A model generated the notes under the pieces. That model did no database searches, was not told the DNA's origin, and saw only the letters and a program-made list of their open reading frames with translations. From Antedon mediterranea (Eukaryota > Animalia > Echinodermata), in the NCBI RefSeq assembly GCF_964355755.1, contig NC_092673.1:35957648-36021647 (forward strand): 64,000 bases of DNA, written 5' to 3'. Shown piece by piece: positions 41,001-52,700 of the stretch. Position numbers and translations under genes: made by a program. The first letter of the stretch is position 1, and every line of letters starts with the position of its first letter.

Positions 41001-44000
41001 ATGGAATGATTCGTACACTTTGGAACTTTCTAGTGAATAGTAAGTAGCATAGCTGTATGATTTTTTTTCAATTAGTGCTGCAAAAAATAATAAATATGTA
41101 TAATGTTGATATAAAGTTTGTAGTACACCGCTTATATTAGTTCTGAAAAGAACTGTTGAGTTTCTCGACGTTTCGATCAATATGCTTTGATCTCCTCAAG
41201 AGTTCAAACAATAAATATGTATAAATGATTTGTTTTTTATGGCAGTGAAACACCAGAAGATGAGAATATCATAGAATTAGTAAATGTTCAGATGAACCTA
41301 CTACCAATGGAGATCCAATCGTACCTTAGTGCGTGTCCGTACGGAACAGCACAACGATGCCTCTTTGCTGCTAATCTATTTGGGGATGAAGCGGAAATGA
41401 ACTTTTGGACAGTGGCACTCTATTACTTAAAGAGTGAGCAAGCTAGACTGGGCTGTATCATTCATAAGGTGGGTCACTTAATCATTTATTTCCTTGAATT
41501 GGATACTGTATGTTTTCTAAAGCTCTGTCTACACACAAAAATGTGCCCATATATGGACATTATGATGTCATATCACTACCATATTTGGCCATATCACTAC
41601 CATATTTGGGGCCATCACAGTTTGTTTGTCAAACTAATTGGATAGTGTAGACAGAGCTTTAGAAAATCTAAACAGGACTTGATTGATTGTTGATTGTACA
41701 GTACAATACCCAAAATATAATAACATAGCTTTGACCCCTATCTACTGTATAACAGAATAGCACAGAGCTGGCAGCGACACCATCGACCTCTGACATCTAC
41801 CTTCCTGGGGATCCACTAGATCCAATGCACATTGCTGGTGGTAGTGATCTTCTAAATCTGATAGATAAGAAAGAGGAGGCCATTAAGTGCACATGTCTGA
41901 AAGAACCTTCACTTGACTGTTGCTATGACGCACTCTGTACAAACCAGTCTTATAAGGTTTGTCCTGTTTGAATTTTATTTCTAATCATAAAAAGTTCTAA
42001 TCTAAAACCATACTAAAGCAACTCAGGTGGAGCAGTCAGAAAATTACTCAAAATAAAGGTTTTAAGTAGTAATAGCATTAACCATAATTTGTTTGATTTA
42101 TACTGAAAACACTTTTTGTCCATCAAACTCTTTCACAGCAATAACAAATTCCATACATCTATAAAGCCCTTGTAAACCCTTAATTTTTGTAGTTGTTTGA
42201 ATTCATTGGTTTTTTTTTTGCAGAGATATCAATTGGAACGTCTATGTCTTCATGACAACAAGAGAGCAACTTATGCACATACAAAGAAGTGTGCTGAAAG
42301 TTTGATGCTCCTGGGACAGGTGTGCATCATGCTTTTCTTTTTATTTCAGTTAATTAAATTTTATAGACAAAAATTGTAATAAAAGGAAAGATACAAGAAA
42401 TAATATTGAACTGAGAAAGTTTAATAAAAAAATTCTTTTTATTGGGGTCCCCAAATACAAAAAGAAAAAATTGACAACATTGCAACTTCCTAATTTGAAT
42501 TTTAAATGGAATATGATGGTTAATAATAATTTGGACAAGTATTAAACATATTTGTTATATTTATAGACTGATAGAGCTGTACAACTTTTCCTTGAAACTG
42601 AGTCTGAGAATGATAGCTATTACGTGGACCTATTGAGGGCATGCTTGGTAGCCACAATCAGGTCTTCAGGTGCTTCTCAGAGTACAATTAAACTTGTAGC
42701 AACGAGTCTCATAGCAAATGGTAGATTGTCAGGTCAGTTACTAATTATGCACTATATTAAGGCTTGATGTGCCCATATAATGTTGTAAAAGCTCCAAATT
42801 TAAATCTGTTCAAGTCACTCCTCAATGGTAATTGGAAGTCCCTTGACTGCAAGTTTACCTTTTCATATTTATAATCACTTTGGAACATTATGTGTACACC
42901 CGGAGTCATACGAAGACAGGAAGGGTCATATAAGCTATATTTAGCTTTCTAACCGACCCATAACATCAAGCAAGTATATATGGACATGATGATGTCATAT
43001 CACTACCATATTTAAGCATATCACTACCATATTTGGGCACATCACACTTTTTTGAAAGTATAGACAGAGCTTAAGAAAGTGTGTGTACTACTAAACAGTT
43101 GTATATTATGTTATGTCATAACCAGAAGGAAATAAATGTATCAATAATTAATGTTTTATAGAGGGTGTACAGTTGCTGTGTCTGATTGATAAAGGTCTAG
43201 ATGCATGCAGGTATCTGCAGACTTATGGTCAGTGGAATCAGGCAGTATGGCTAGCAAAGGTAACTCTTTTAAATCTATTGTGAGAAATCTTGTCTTTGAA
43301 TATTTGTGTTGTCAAGAGGACGACACATACCACAACTTTCTACTCCCCTAAGGAGTGTCGAGTGCTGCCATCAAATATCACCCGTTCGTCTGTTCACAAC
43401 AACAGGGTAACCCCCTACTCTTTCGAAAGATTTGCTGGGTTCTTTAAAGTGCACACGAGCCAGATGTGGACCTATGGCTTAAATCCTTATCCGAGAAGAC
43501 TTGTTCCACCACCAGAACAATGGTTGAGGAGTGACGTGAACCTAGGCTGATTGTATATACTAATGTTATATTTACTTGTAGGCAACCCTGAGCTATGCAG
43601 AGTGTTGTGAGGTACTCAAGCGATGGGTTGACTATCTTTGTACGCCGACTGTCAATCAGAAGTCATTGGCCATATTGGTGCTCCTCTCAATGGGACAGTT
43701 TAGAAGGGTACTTGAGTTGCTAATGAGGCAAGTAACTTTAACTCTTACATTTATTAATAAATAAAAAATGACCACTAAACATGTAAACATTTATACAGTC
43801 AAAGTAGTTGATATAAAAGATACATACATGAATAAAAAACACACCTAACTGGTGACAGTGGCTTAAACTGCTTTTGTGCTTGTCTGGCACTAACTGGTGA
43901 CAGTGGCTTAAACTGCTTTTGTGCTTGTCTGGCACTAACTGGTGACAGTGGCTTAAACTGCTTTTGTGCTTGTCTGGCACTAACTGGTGACAGTGGCTTA

Positions 44001-47000
44001 AACTGCTTTTGTGCTTGTCTGGCACTAACTGGTGACAGTGGCTTAAACTGCTTTTGTGCTTGTCTGGCACTAACTGGTGACAGTGGCTTAAACTGCTTTT
44101 GTGATTGTCTGGCACTAACTGGTGACAGTGGCTTAAACTGCTTTTGTGCTTGTCTGGCACTAACTGGTGACAGTGGATTAAACTGCTTTTGTGCTTGTCT
44201 GGCACTAACTGGTGACAGTGGCTTAAACTGCTTTTGTGCTTGTCTGGCACTAACTGGTGACAGTGGCTTAAACTGCTTTGGTGCTTGTCTGGCACTAACT
44301 GGTGACAGTGGCTTAAACTGCTTTTGTGCTTGTCTGGCACTAACTGGTGACAGTGGCTTAAACTGCTTTTGTGCTTGTCTGGCACTAACTGGTGACAGTG
44401 GCTTAAACTGCTTTTGTGCTTGTCTGGCACTAACTGGTGACAGTGGCTTAAACTGCTTTTGTGATTGTCTGGCACTAACTGGTGACAGTAGCTTAAACTG
44501 CTTTTGTGATTGTCTGGCACTAACTGGTGACAGTGGCTTAAACTGCTTTTGTGCTTGTCTGGCACTAACTGGTGACAGTGGCTTAAACTGCTTTTGTGCT
44601 TGTCTGGCACTAACTGGTGACAGTGGCTTAAACTGCTGTTGTGATTGTCTGGCACTAACTGGTGACAGTGGCTTAAACTGCTTTTGTGATTGTCTGGCAC
44701 TAACTGGTGACAGTGGCTTAAACTGCTTTTGTGATTGTCTGGCACTAACTGGTGACAGTGGCTTAAACTGCTTTTGTGATTGTCTGGCACTAACTGGTGA
44801 CAGTGGCTTAAACTGCTTTTGTGCTTGCCTGGCACTAACTGGTGACAGTGGCTTAAACTGCTTTTGTGATTGTCTGGCACTAACTGGTGACAGTGGCTTA
44901 AACTGCTTTTGTGCTTGCCTGGCACTAACTGGTGACAGTGGCTTAAACTGCTTTTGTGATTGTCTGGCACTAACTGGTGACAGTGGCTTAAACTGCTTTT
45001 GTGATTGTCTGGCACTAACTGGTGACAGTGGCTTAAACTGCTTTTGTGCTTGTCTGGCACTAACTGGTGACAGTGGCTTAAACTGCTTTTGTGCTTGCCT
45101 GGCACTAACTGGTGACAGTGGCTTAAACTGCTTTTGTGATTGTCTGGCACTAACTGGTGACAGTGGCTTAAACTGCTTTTGTGATTGTCTGGCACTAACT
45201 GGTGACAGTGGCTTAAACTGCTTTTGTGCTTGTCTGGCACTAACTGGTGACAGTGGCTTAAACTGCTTTTGTGCTTGTCTGGCAGCTAGTGATTGATTTT
45301 ATATTTTCTTGCGTCACGTTTGTTTAATTTGTTGATTTGTATTATATTTTGTAAAATGTATATATTTTACCTGAATAAATAATAATAATTAATTATAATA
45401 AATTAGACATAGTTCTTTCATTAATTACATATAGATAACAAAATGGTGTGTAATGGTATTTTTCATTTTTTTTTCAGCTTACACTACTATGACCGAGCAG
45501 CAATGCTGGCTGAGGCATGCTCTGAGTTTGGTGTTCTTCCTGAAGACAAAGTTACAAATATCCTTTACTTTATCTTGTACTATACTTTATATTAAATTCG
45601 TATTTATATTTATACTAGCAATTATACCCGCCCCAGGGCGGGTTTCAAAATTAGTTTAAAGCCTTCTCAACACCCGACGCCAGTATATGTCTATACTCAC
45701 CAATCTCCACCCTTCTTCAATACCACCCCATACTCTTTTTTAAAAACAAATTCTTCCCAGTGATGGACAAATTCAATTCAACGTAACCTTCAAATTGAGA
45801 GGAGTATACATAGCTATGATGGGTCTAATAATGGTTGAAGTACGTTGTAAATTGTGTAAATGAATAGGTGTCATATTGGCTGATAATTAAAATATCTAAT
45901 TTAGATACTGCGGGCCCCCAGCCTTCTTTCTCCTCTCACCACCCCAGCCACATCAACAAACCTTAACTCCTCCTCCCCTGGGTGATGTGTTGAAGCCGGT
46001 TCCAGTACAAATTATGTTATTTTCACTCCCAACCCATAATCCCTCAGTGGCAGTTTTCAAATGTAGTTTAAAACATTCCAAATACAGTTTCGGGCATGGT
46101 GATAAGCCTACATCCACCCCAAACTCCCATCCGCTTCCCAGGGATGATTAAATACTTTAACATTTTCCAACAATTCTGGTGTAAGCAAAATCTAATCTCC
46201 CAACCCCACTCTCCCACAATTGACGTTTTTTTCTTGGAGGATTGGTGATATAGTTGAACACAGTAACAGTAAACAACATGTGTATGTTCACACACGTATG
46301 GATGTCTGTAATGAGACAATCCAAGAGACCGATACAAAGCTGGATATGGTTAAAGTACTTTGCTAAATGTGTAATTGAATAGGTGTCATATTGGTTAATG
46401 AATAAAATATGTATATATATATCTATATTTCCCCAAACGCCTTGCTGAGGATAATTCAAATACTGTAAAAATTTTGTAGTATATATTTTACAATTCGATA
46501 GCCTACAACCCCGAGCCCTAGCAAAAATGTGACATCACAAACCACCACACCACCCACCCCTCCCACAAAAATCCCAGGAGTCGGGGGAATTTTTTAAAAT
46601 GTAGTTTAAAACCTTACGGGTACAATTGCCATCATTTTGATACCCCATACGTATGGTTACGTGCAGAAACAGAAATTTGTATAACGAACAAACATCGAAA
46701 GTGGGGGTTTTGACCACATTTTGGTCCCTAACTTGGATCCTAGGTGGCGGATGATGTTGAAATATAGCTTAGAACATTCCCGGTACAATAGCGGTCATTT
46801 TGATACCCCATATGTAAGATTATGTGCAGTAACAAAAATTTGTATAACGAACAAACAAACAAACAGACAGACAGACAAACTCTCTCACTTATAATATAGA
46901 TTCTACAGAACCCATTGTTTGTTTTTTTTATATGTTTAGGCAAATTGCCAAGGATAACCATATTAAGCGAATTAATTCACTATCCTTCTTAAAGGTGGCA

Positions 47001-47353
47001 ATCTTGTTCACAAGACAAACATATACTTAGGAGTGGAGTTGTAATTTGTCATTTGAAAAAATCCTGACATGACAGGACTTGAACCCAGGATCCTTGTACT
47101 GGTAGCCAAGCCACAACTCCACTCCATTATGGTACATTTGATATTTATACTGTATGTTAATATTACTGGTGAAATTGTAGGTTTGCAAAACTTTTTTCTT
47201 TAACAGTTTATCTTACGAAGTATTCTAGAGAAAATATACATTGAGTATGCTCGTTATTTACTGTCGCTAGGCAACAAGAAAGGATATGGATACTTTTGCA
47301 ATAAAGCTGCTGAGAAAGCCAAGAAAGTTATCACTGACCTGGAATGGTCATAA
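32037..47353 (+). CDS. WDR11: WD repeat-containing protein 11 (24 coding exons)
   Basis: Exons 32037-32101, 32552-32621, 33242-33437, 33737-33910, 34469-34679, 35048-35251, 35645-35781, 36030-36642, 36757-36936, 37030-37138, 37499-37622, 37872-38017, 39260-39366, 39865-39979, 40332-40500, 40928-41039, 41246-41468, 41756-41956, 42224-42319, 42567-42732, 43162-43259, 43582-43727, 45478-45557, 47217-47353. Motifs: VKWARENYHH, LRLASAD, GTKLWKK, MCPPLTTKN, KFAPGKGN, LLRACLVAT, KGLDACRYLQTYG. Confidence 0.95.
32305..32450. mobile_element. MITE family C copy
   Basis: CTGTCTACACTGTCAAA...GTTTGATAGTGTAGACATAGCT. Confidence 0.75.
32720..33046. mobile_element. Harbinger-like MITE with about 55-bp TIRs
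   Basis: TTA|TGCACTTGTCAATTGTATGAC...GTCATACAATTGACAAGTGCA|TTA. Confidence 0.85.
33926..34215. repeat. 20-bp tandem repeat, about 14 copies
   Basis: Unit TAAGTACAGTACTGTTAACT, beginning just after a WDR11 donor. Confidence 0.95.
34252..34415. mobile_element. MITE family C copy
   Basis: AGCTTTGTCTACACT...TAGAGCT with ATATCACTACCATATTTGGG core. Confidence 0.75.
35862..36006. mobile_element. MITE family C copy
   Basis: AGCCCTGTCTACACTATCAAAC...TTTGATAGTGTAGACAAAGCC. Confidence 0.8.
38034..38628. repeat. 60-bp tandem repeat, about 10 copies
   Basis: Unit ATTTGGAGACCCTTTAGGAAACAAACAACTTAAATGGTTATCCTCTGCTTTACATGTTTA. Confidence 0.95.
38667..39164. repeat. 17-bp tandem repeat, about 29 copies
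   Basis: Unit CTGTTTTATAAATACYA. Confidence 0.95.
41164..41202 (-). ncRNA. Minimal type I hammerhead ribozyme motif (Penelope-associated type)
   Basis: Minus strand: CTC (stem I) TTGAGGA (core, C3U) GATCAA-AGCATA-TTGATC (stem II) GAAA CG TC (palindromic ACGT stem III, GUC site) GAG (stem I'). Confidence 0.6.
41522..41658. mobile_element. MITE family C copy
   Basis: AGCTCTGTCTACAC...GTGTAGACAGAGCT. Confidence 0.8.
43310..43545 (-). mobile_element. Deu-domain-like SINE fragment
   Basis: CCCCTACTCTTTCGAAAGA...GGGTTCTTTAAAGTGCAC...GGCTTAAATCCTTATCCGAGAAGAC resembles the reverse of the DeuSINE central domain. Confidence 0.55.
43728..45477 (+). other. WDR11: GC-AG intron of WDR11
   Basis: AG|GCAAGT donor, phase 2, joins to C TTA CAC TAC TAT GAC CGA GCA GCA (S-LHYYDRAA). 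Confidence 0.8.
43845..45284. repeat. 45-bp satellite, about 32 copies
   Basis: Unit CTAACTGGTGACAGTGGCTTAAACTGCTTTTGTGCTTGTCTGGCA. Confidence 0.97.
45558..47216 (+). other. WDR11: U12-type AT-AC intron of WDR11
   Basis: 5' site ATATCCTTT, branch point TTTCTTTAAC (about 47195-47204), 3' TTAC|. The splice restores the frame into RSILEKIYIEYAR. Confidence 0.9.
45615..46900 (-). mobile_element. Non-autonomous Helitron
   Basis: Minus strand begins A|TCTATATTATAA followed by (GTCT)n. It ends with hairpin CCCGCC-CTGG-GGCGGG then CTAG|T. No TSD. Confidence 0.85.
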
Positions 47354-48193
47354 TCAACCTTTGACCTGCTGACCTTTGAATAATTGTATGAAAGAATTTA
47401 ATTTGTTGGAATTGATTTTAACCAACCTAAACAATAAGCATGTTTGGTAATATTAAAAAAAAGTTTATAGTTATTCTCTCGGAAATAAGGAGGCATAATT
47501 GGCCTATTATACAACTCACATCTCCAATCATTAAGTTCAAATGTAATTTTTTAACCCTGAGTATGAACATGGAGCAACACATGAACATGGACAATTGGAC
47601 GAAAGTTTCTTTTGTGAACAATTTTAAACAGAGATAGATTGGCTGTAGCCATGTAAATCAAATCAACCATGACTTATTGGCAACTACTGAATGATGCTAA
47701 TTTTGCATTGGATCAACAATGTGTTTTAATTATTATCATCTTTCGAACTCTGAATTTCTTCGATATATTAACCATATATGTAATGTGTAAATCAAATAAT
47801 ATATCTTTATTTGGTAATAATATATACTGTACTAGCCTTAGATCATGTATAAACCTTTCTTGTTAATCAATTGTAAAATATATTCAATGTGAAATAAACA
47901 GACACAAAAAAGTTTACAATATCTTATAACTGAATGTTGGAGTTGGTTTTGTACCTGTATTATTTACTGCTACGAGACACACACCCAGCAGTTATTATTT
48001 GACTAGGCTTGGCCTACGCTAAGTCTAGGTAGCTGCTGATACTGAGGCTTAGATTGCTACAGTCATGTTACGCCTGCTGCGGATACCTAGTTAGGCTTAG
48101 ATCACACTACGCACACATGGCCTAAAAGCAGGCTATCATGGGTATATATCCTAATAATTCTAAACTAACATTGATTAATAAATCAATATTTCA

Positions 48194-48334
48194 GAAATAA
48201 GGAGGCATGGCCTATAATATAACTCACATATCCAATAATTAAGTTCGAATGTCATTTTTTAAATCCTTATTATGAATATGAAGCAACAAAATGAACACAG
48301 ACAATTGGACGAAAGTTTCTTTTGTGAACAATTT
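48194..48334 (+). repeat. Diverged direct duplicate of WDR11 3' UTR segment 47482-47624
   Basis: Shared GAAATAAGGAGGCAT...GACAATTGGACGAAAGTTTCTTTTGTGAACAATTT. Confidence 0.8.
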
Positions 48335-49703
48335 GATTGGCTAGCTCTTTGTTGTGTTGAACTAATCACCAATCGAAGTAGGCCTACGTGTACGTGCCCC
48401 TGGCTAGTTTCATACATTCCAGGATTGAGCAGGGAAACACGACGTCGTGGGTTAAACTCAGGCACGTTGTGGCTGCTAAGCTTTGATTAATTTAAATGTT
48501 ACAATCGACTACATGATACATCGATTTGCAATCATAATATTTACACCATTGCCAAGAGAGATTTTAAGCCAATTAAATAAAAGTCAGTAGAGCTAGAGAG
48601 ACTCGATAGATGAAGTTATTTAATTGCAGCAAAAATACTATTTTAGAACCAGTAGGCCTAGTTTTCCGAAGTAGTATCTTTTATCAAGGCATTATTGGTG
48701 GCGCATTATGTCGCGATCATTTACTGGTCACTCGTATTTGTGCTAATTTGCATATCAGGTGAACCATTTTGAATACGCTGCGTGAGCGTTGTTTCGGCAG
48801 AATGATCTTAGTTGTTGTCGAAGTAAGACATGTTATCGTTTTATTTCTTTAAAATGTGGATTTTTCTCAAAACTGTGAGTAAAGATTATTTTGTAAGACT
48901 CAATAATAATTTATTACCGTAATAAATTTGAATTTTTGCCGAAACTGCGAGTAGATATTGATATATTTTCAAAAATTATAATAATTTATCACAATGAATG
49001 AATTATATCTAGTTGTGTTCCCTATTACGAATTATAGGTACCTGTGTGGTTATCAATACATCAATCAACCTCTTTAATTTATACACCGCTTTGTCCTATT
49101 GGCGTTATATTATTAGTCTACTAATAGAATCCCCTTTCTTTCACATCACAAGAAAAGTTTATATTATACCGTATTATAGGACACTACAAGCCAGTTTATG
49201 TCATTTACTCCGTATAAATGAAAAACGATAGATATTATTACATTAGAACATGGAGAATAACTTATTTCTCCATGATTAGAACAATAATTTTGGAAGCTAC
49301 ACTTTTTAAACAGTGGCACGGTAATTCTTGGGTAGGCCTAAGTAAAAGAAAATTGATTTAACAAGACATTTTTTACAAGAAAAATACAAAAGATTTAACA
49401 AAGCTAAGAACTTTCCCTTCTTATTAGTTTTGGTGAAGCCTACAAAATCGATAAATTTCAATATGTAGTCTCAGTAGGAAGAATGTATCAGCAAGATGAA
49501 TCTCTGCTTTAAAAAGATGTACGTAGCGCCCTCTTTCTGTTTACACGCCAACTAAACGTCATCCTGTCATCAGTCTTTTGTAAACAATTCCTCACATTTT
49601 ACGTTTGAGCACCGCCGAGACGCAGACGATCCGTCAATCATCTGTCGGGCAACTGGCGGTGAAACTTCTTAGTTTTAGTTAAGAAACAAACTTAAAAACA
49701 TTT

Positions 49704-52700
49704 ATGATGATGTTGCTTTGTAATCAGCGTTTGTTACTGGTCCTATTTTTAAGCACCACCTTCTTCTGTGCTAAGTGCGAGATACATCGTGTTAAACCTC
49801 ACAGCTCAAAGAGGATACAGCCTTTCAAAGAACGAAGGCACGAAGAACGATCCGCCACTGAGCACAGGGTAACAGTACAGGAGGATGAACATGTCGGCAG
49901 GAATGACGAAGATAAAATATCGCACACAGAAAGTTGCGTATATGCTTTAATTGCTACAATTTTGGTTGGTCTTAGTGGTGTTTTTCCACTTCTTTTACCG
50001 TTTGATACCAGCCATATCAAAGAAGGAAGTAAGTTATTTCCACTTACTTAAGTGCAATGAATTAGGCTTAATATTAAAAGTTTTATCAACTTTTTGTGTA
50101 AGTTTCAATACCACTTTATGATTAGGGTTATATAGAGTAAAATATCTGTAGGCATCGTAGGCCCTATATTGTTTTTCAATAATAATTTACACAATTAACA
50201 AAAAATCCCCCCAAAATACTTTTTTCATTTAAGTAGGTAACTTATTTGTTCATACACAAAAGGGTTTTGCACTGCTACTACTGTAGGCCTACTTTTTGAG
50301 TTTTTTATTTCATCAGTGCCTCTGTGTCAGTGTATAAAACATTAATTTTTTTGTGAACAGAAGAAGGAGCTGGGTTCCGTTGTTTGCTCGCATTTGCTGT
50401 TGGTGGTCTCCTAGGCGATGTGTTTCTTCATCTTTTGCCCGAAGCATGGGCACATATCAACTTATCAAGTGAGTTCTTAAAAAAATAATTTCAATGTCTT
50501 TGATATTATAATAAATAATAATTTATAATGTGCAAATTCCATATCCATCATCAATGACGTTACAAGTTATCACAATACTTAGCACAATATTCAATATAGA
50601 TTCTTCACACAACAATTATATTTTGTATTATTCGTTGTAATTTATTTAATATTCTGAATTAAGCGTAAACATATGGTCATTAGTGGCCTACATGTACACA
50701 AGATAATTTGTCTTAAATTTCCCATCACACAACACAACATGTGTCAGGTAGTAGGAAGAAATAGTCAATTACATGGTAGAAGAATTGTTAAACAAAAACT
50801 GGCACTGAGCCACTTCTCCACTGTGCAGGAATATTATTTTCCAAAAGACCAAATTTCGTCCCTTTTATTTCTCTACATAATAATATAATAAAGTGGCATG
50901 TGCAGAATCACATAATATGTTATGTGCATGTTACCTCAATACATATTTTATAAAGTCGATATTTTAGCAATTTGTCGAAATTTTTTTTTTTTAAATGACC
51001 ACATTTCGACCATTTTTTTTCTACATAATCCTATTAGTCTCTATTGAAGAAAAGCTGTAGAATAATTAGTTTTTGTGTTCTCATGACAAACTTATTGTAC
51101 CAGTATCCTGTTGCTACTGAAGTAAATGATGGTACCCACTATAAATGTCTCAAGACTGAGGTGTGAGCATATCTTGGTTGTACAAACAAATTCAAATCCT
51201 GAATGAATTAATATAGAGACTTAAACAACAGTAACAACAACAATTACACAGATGATTATTATTTTTGTTGTAATTTCACATTTACATTGTGCCACGTATT
51301 TTAAGAACTATTTCCTTCATTGACCTTGTCTCATTGCTTTATGCTTCCTGTGGAGAGTGATATCAAATTTCCAGACTTCACTACTGAATTGATATATATT
51401 ATACAGTGTACAAGTGAATATTATCATGATGCTTATAAATGAACCATTTTGCTTCAGTCTTGATCTCTATAGCAACAATATCATTTACAGTGAATCTAAT
51501 ATATTATTAAAAGAGATATATATTTACAGACTAAATTTAACAACTTTATAAGACACACACGATGAGGTTGTTTATACTTAAAATTATTATACTTAATTTA
51601 TTATTAATACTTGTTCTGTGGACGAAATACCCTTATCTTGTCTTGTCTTATTATGCTCATATAATGTATTTTAATTTCTATATTAGATGATGGTTCAACA
51701 CATTTGAGTATAGGCCTTTGGGTTTTGTTTGGTTTACTCAGTTTCATGATACTTGAAAAAATCCTAAGTGATGAAATCGATAATAGAGAGGTAAGTACCT
51801 TTACTAAGACTATAATAGAGAGGGCGGTATCTTACTTAACTTAGGTATCGTACCTAACTTAGGTACCGTAATTAACTTAGGTACCGTACTTAACTTAGGT
51901 AACGTACTTAACTTGGTACCGTACTTAACCTGGGTACCAACGGATTCCAACATAATGGTAACTGGAATTTATTCAATGAACTAATTAAAAATAGCAAACA
52001 CACTTTTTTTATTCCATTGTTGCTAATTGTTTGTTTCTTTTTATAGTTAGAAAAATTAAAATATAGTTCAGAGCAGTCTACGGACCATGAAGACATATCT
52101 ACCACCACTAATGGTAGTAAGCAGGTAGCTGTTGTACATAATAGAACTACAAGAGTCAAGTCAAAACATACAGCGAATGGACAAAAGAAAACTAAAAATG
52201 GTTTTATAAAAGGCAAATCAAATAAAAAAAAAAATCAAAGTCCACCAGCTAAAATACAGGTATTATCTTCATCTTGGTTTATTTAATTATAGTAAAGCTT
52301 ATTTATTTAACATTTATTAAAATGCTATAATTCTTTCCATGCATTTGTAAATCTAAAATTAAAACTATTAAAAACCAGACTGTTTGACATGAGGAAATAC
52401 CAGGTCAGTTAAAGCTAATCTCTTCTTCTATTGTTGTTGTTATCTACAATAGCATATTGTGGTACAATATGCTGTGTGTTTAAATATTAGGCTGGATTAT
52501 CATTCTACACCAGTAATGGTTATCTCTCAAAATGGACGTCTTTTTTTACCCCTACGCTGTGTGTTTAAATATTAGGCTGGATTATCATTGTACACCAGTA
52601 ATGGTTATCTCTCAAAATGGACGTCTTTTTTTACCCCTACGCTGTGTGTTTAAATATTAGGTTGGATTACCATTGTACATCAGTAATGGTTATCTCTCAA

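Noticed and set aside
43738-45240. 500-aa His/Cys-rich repeat ORF
   Set aside because: It is the 45-bp satellite read in a stop-free frame, with no true ATG or unique flanking coding sequence.
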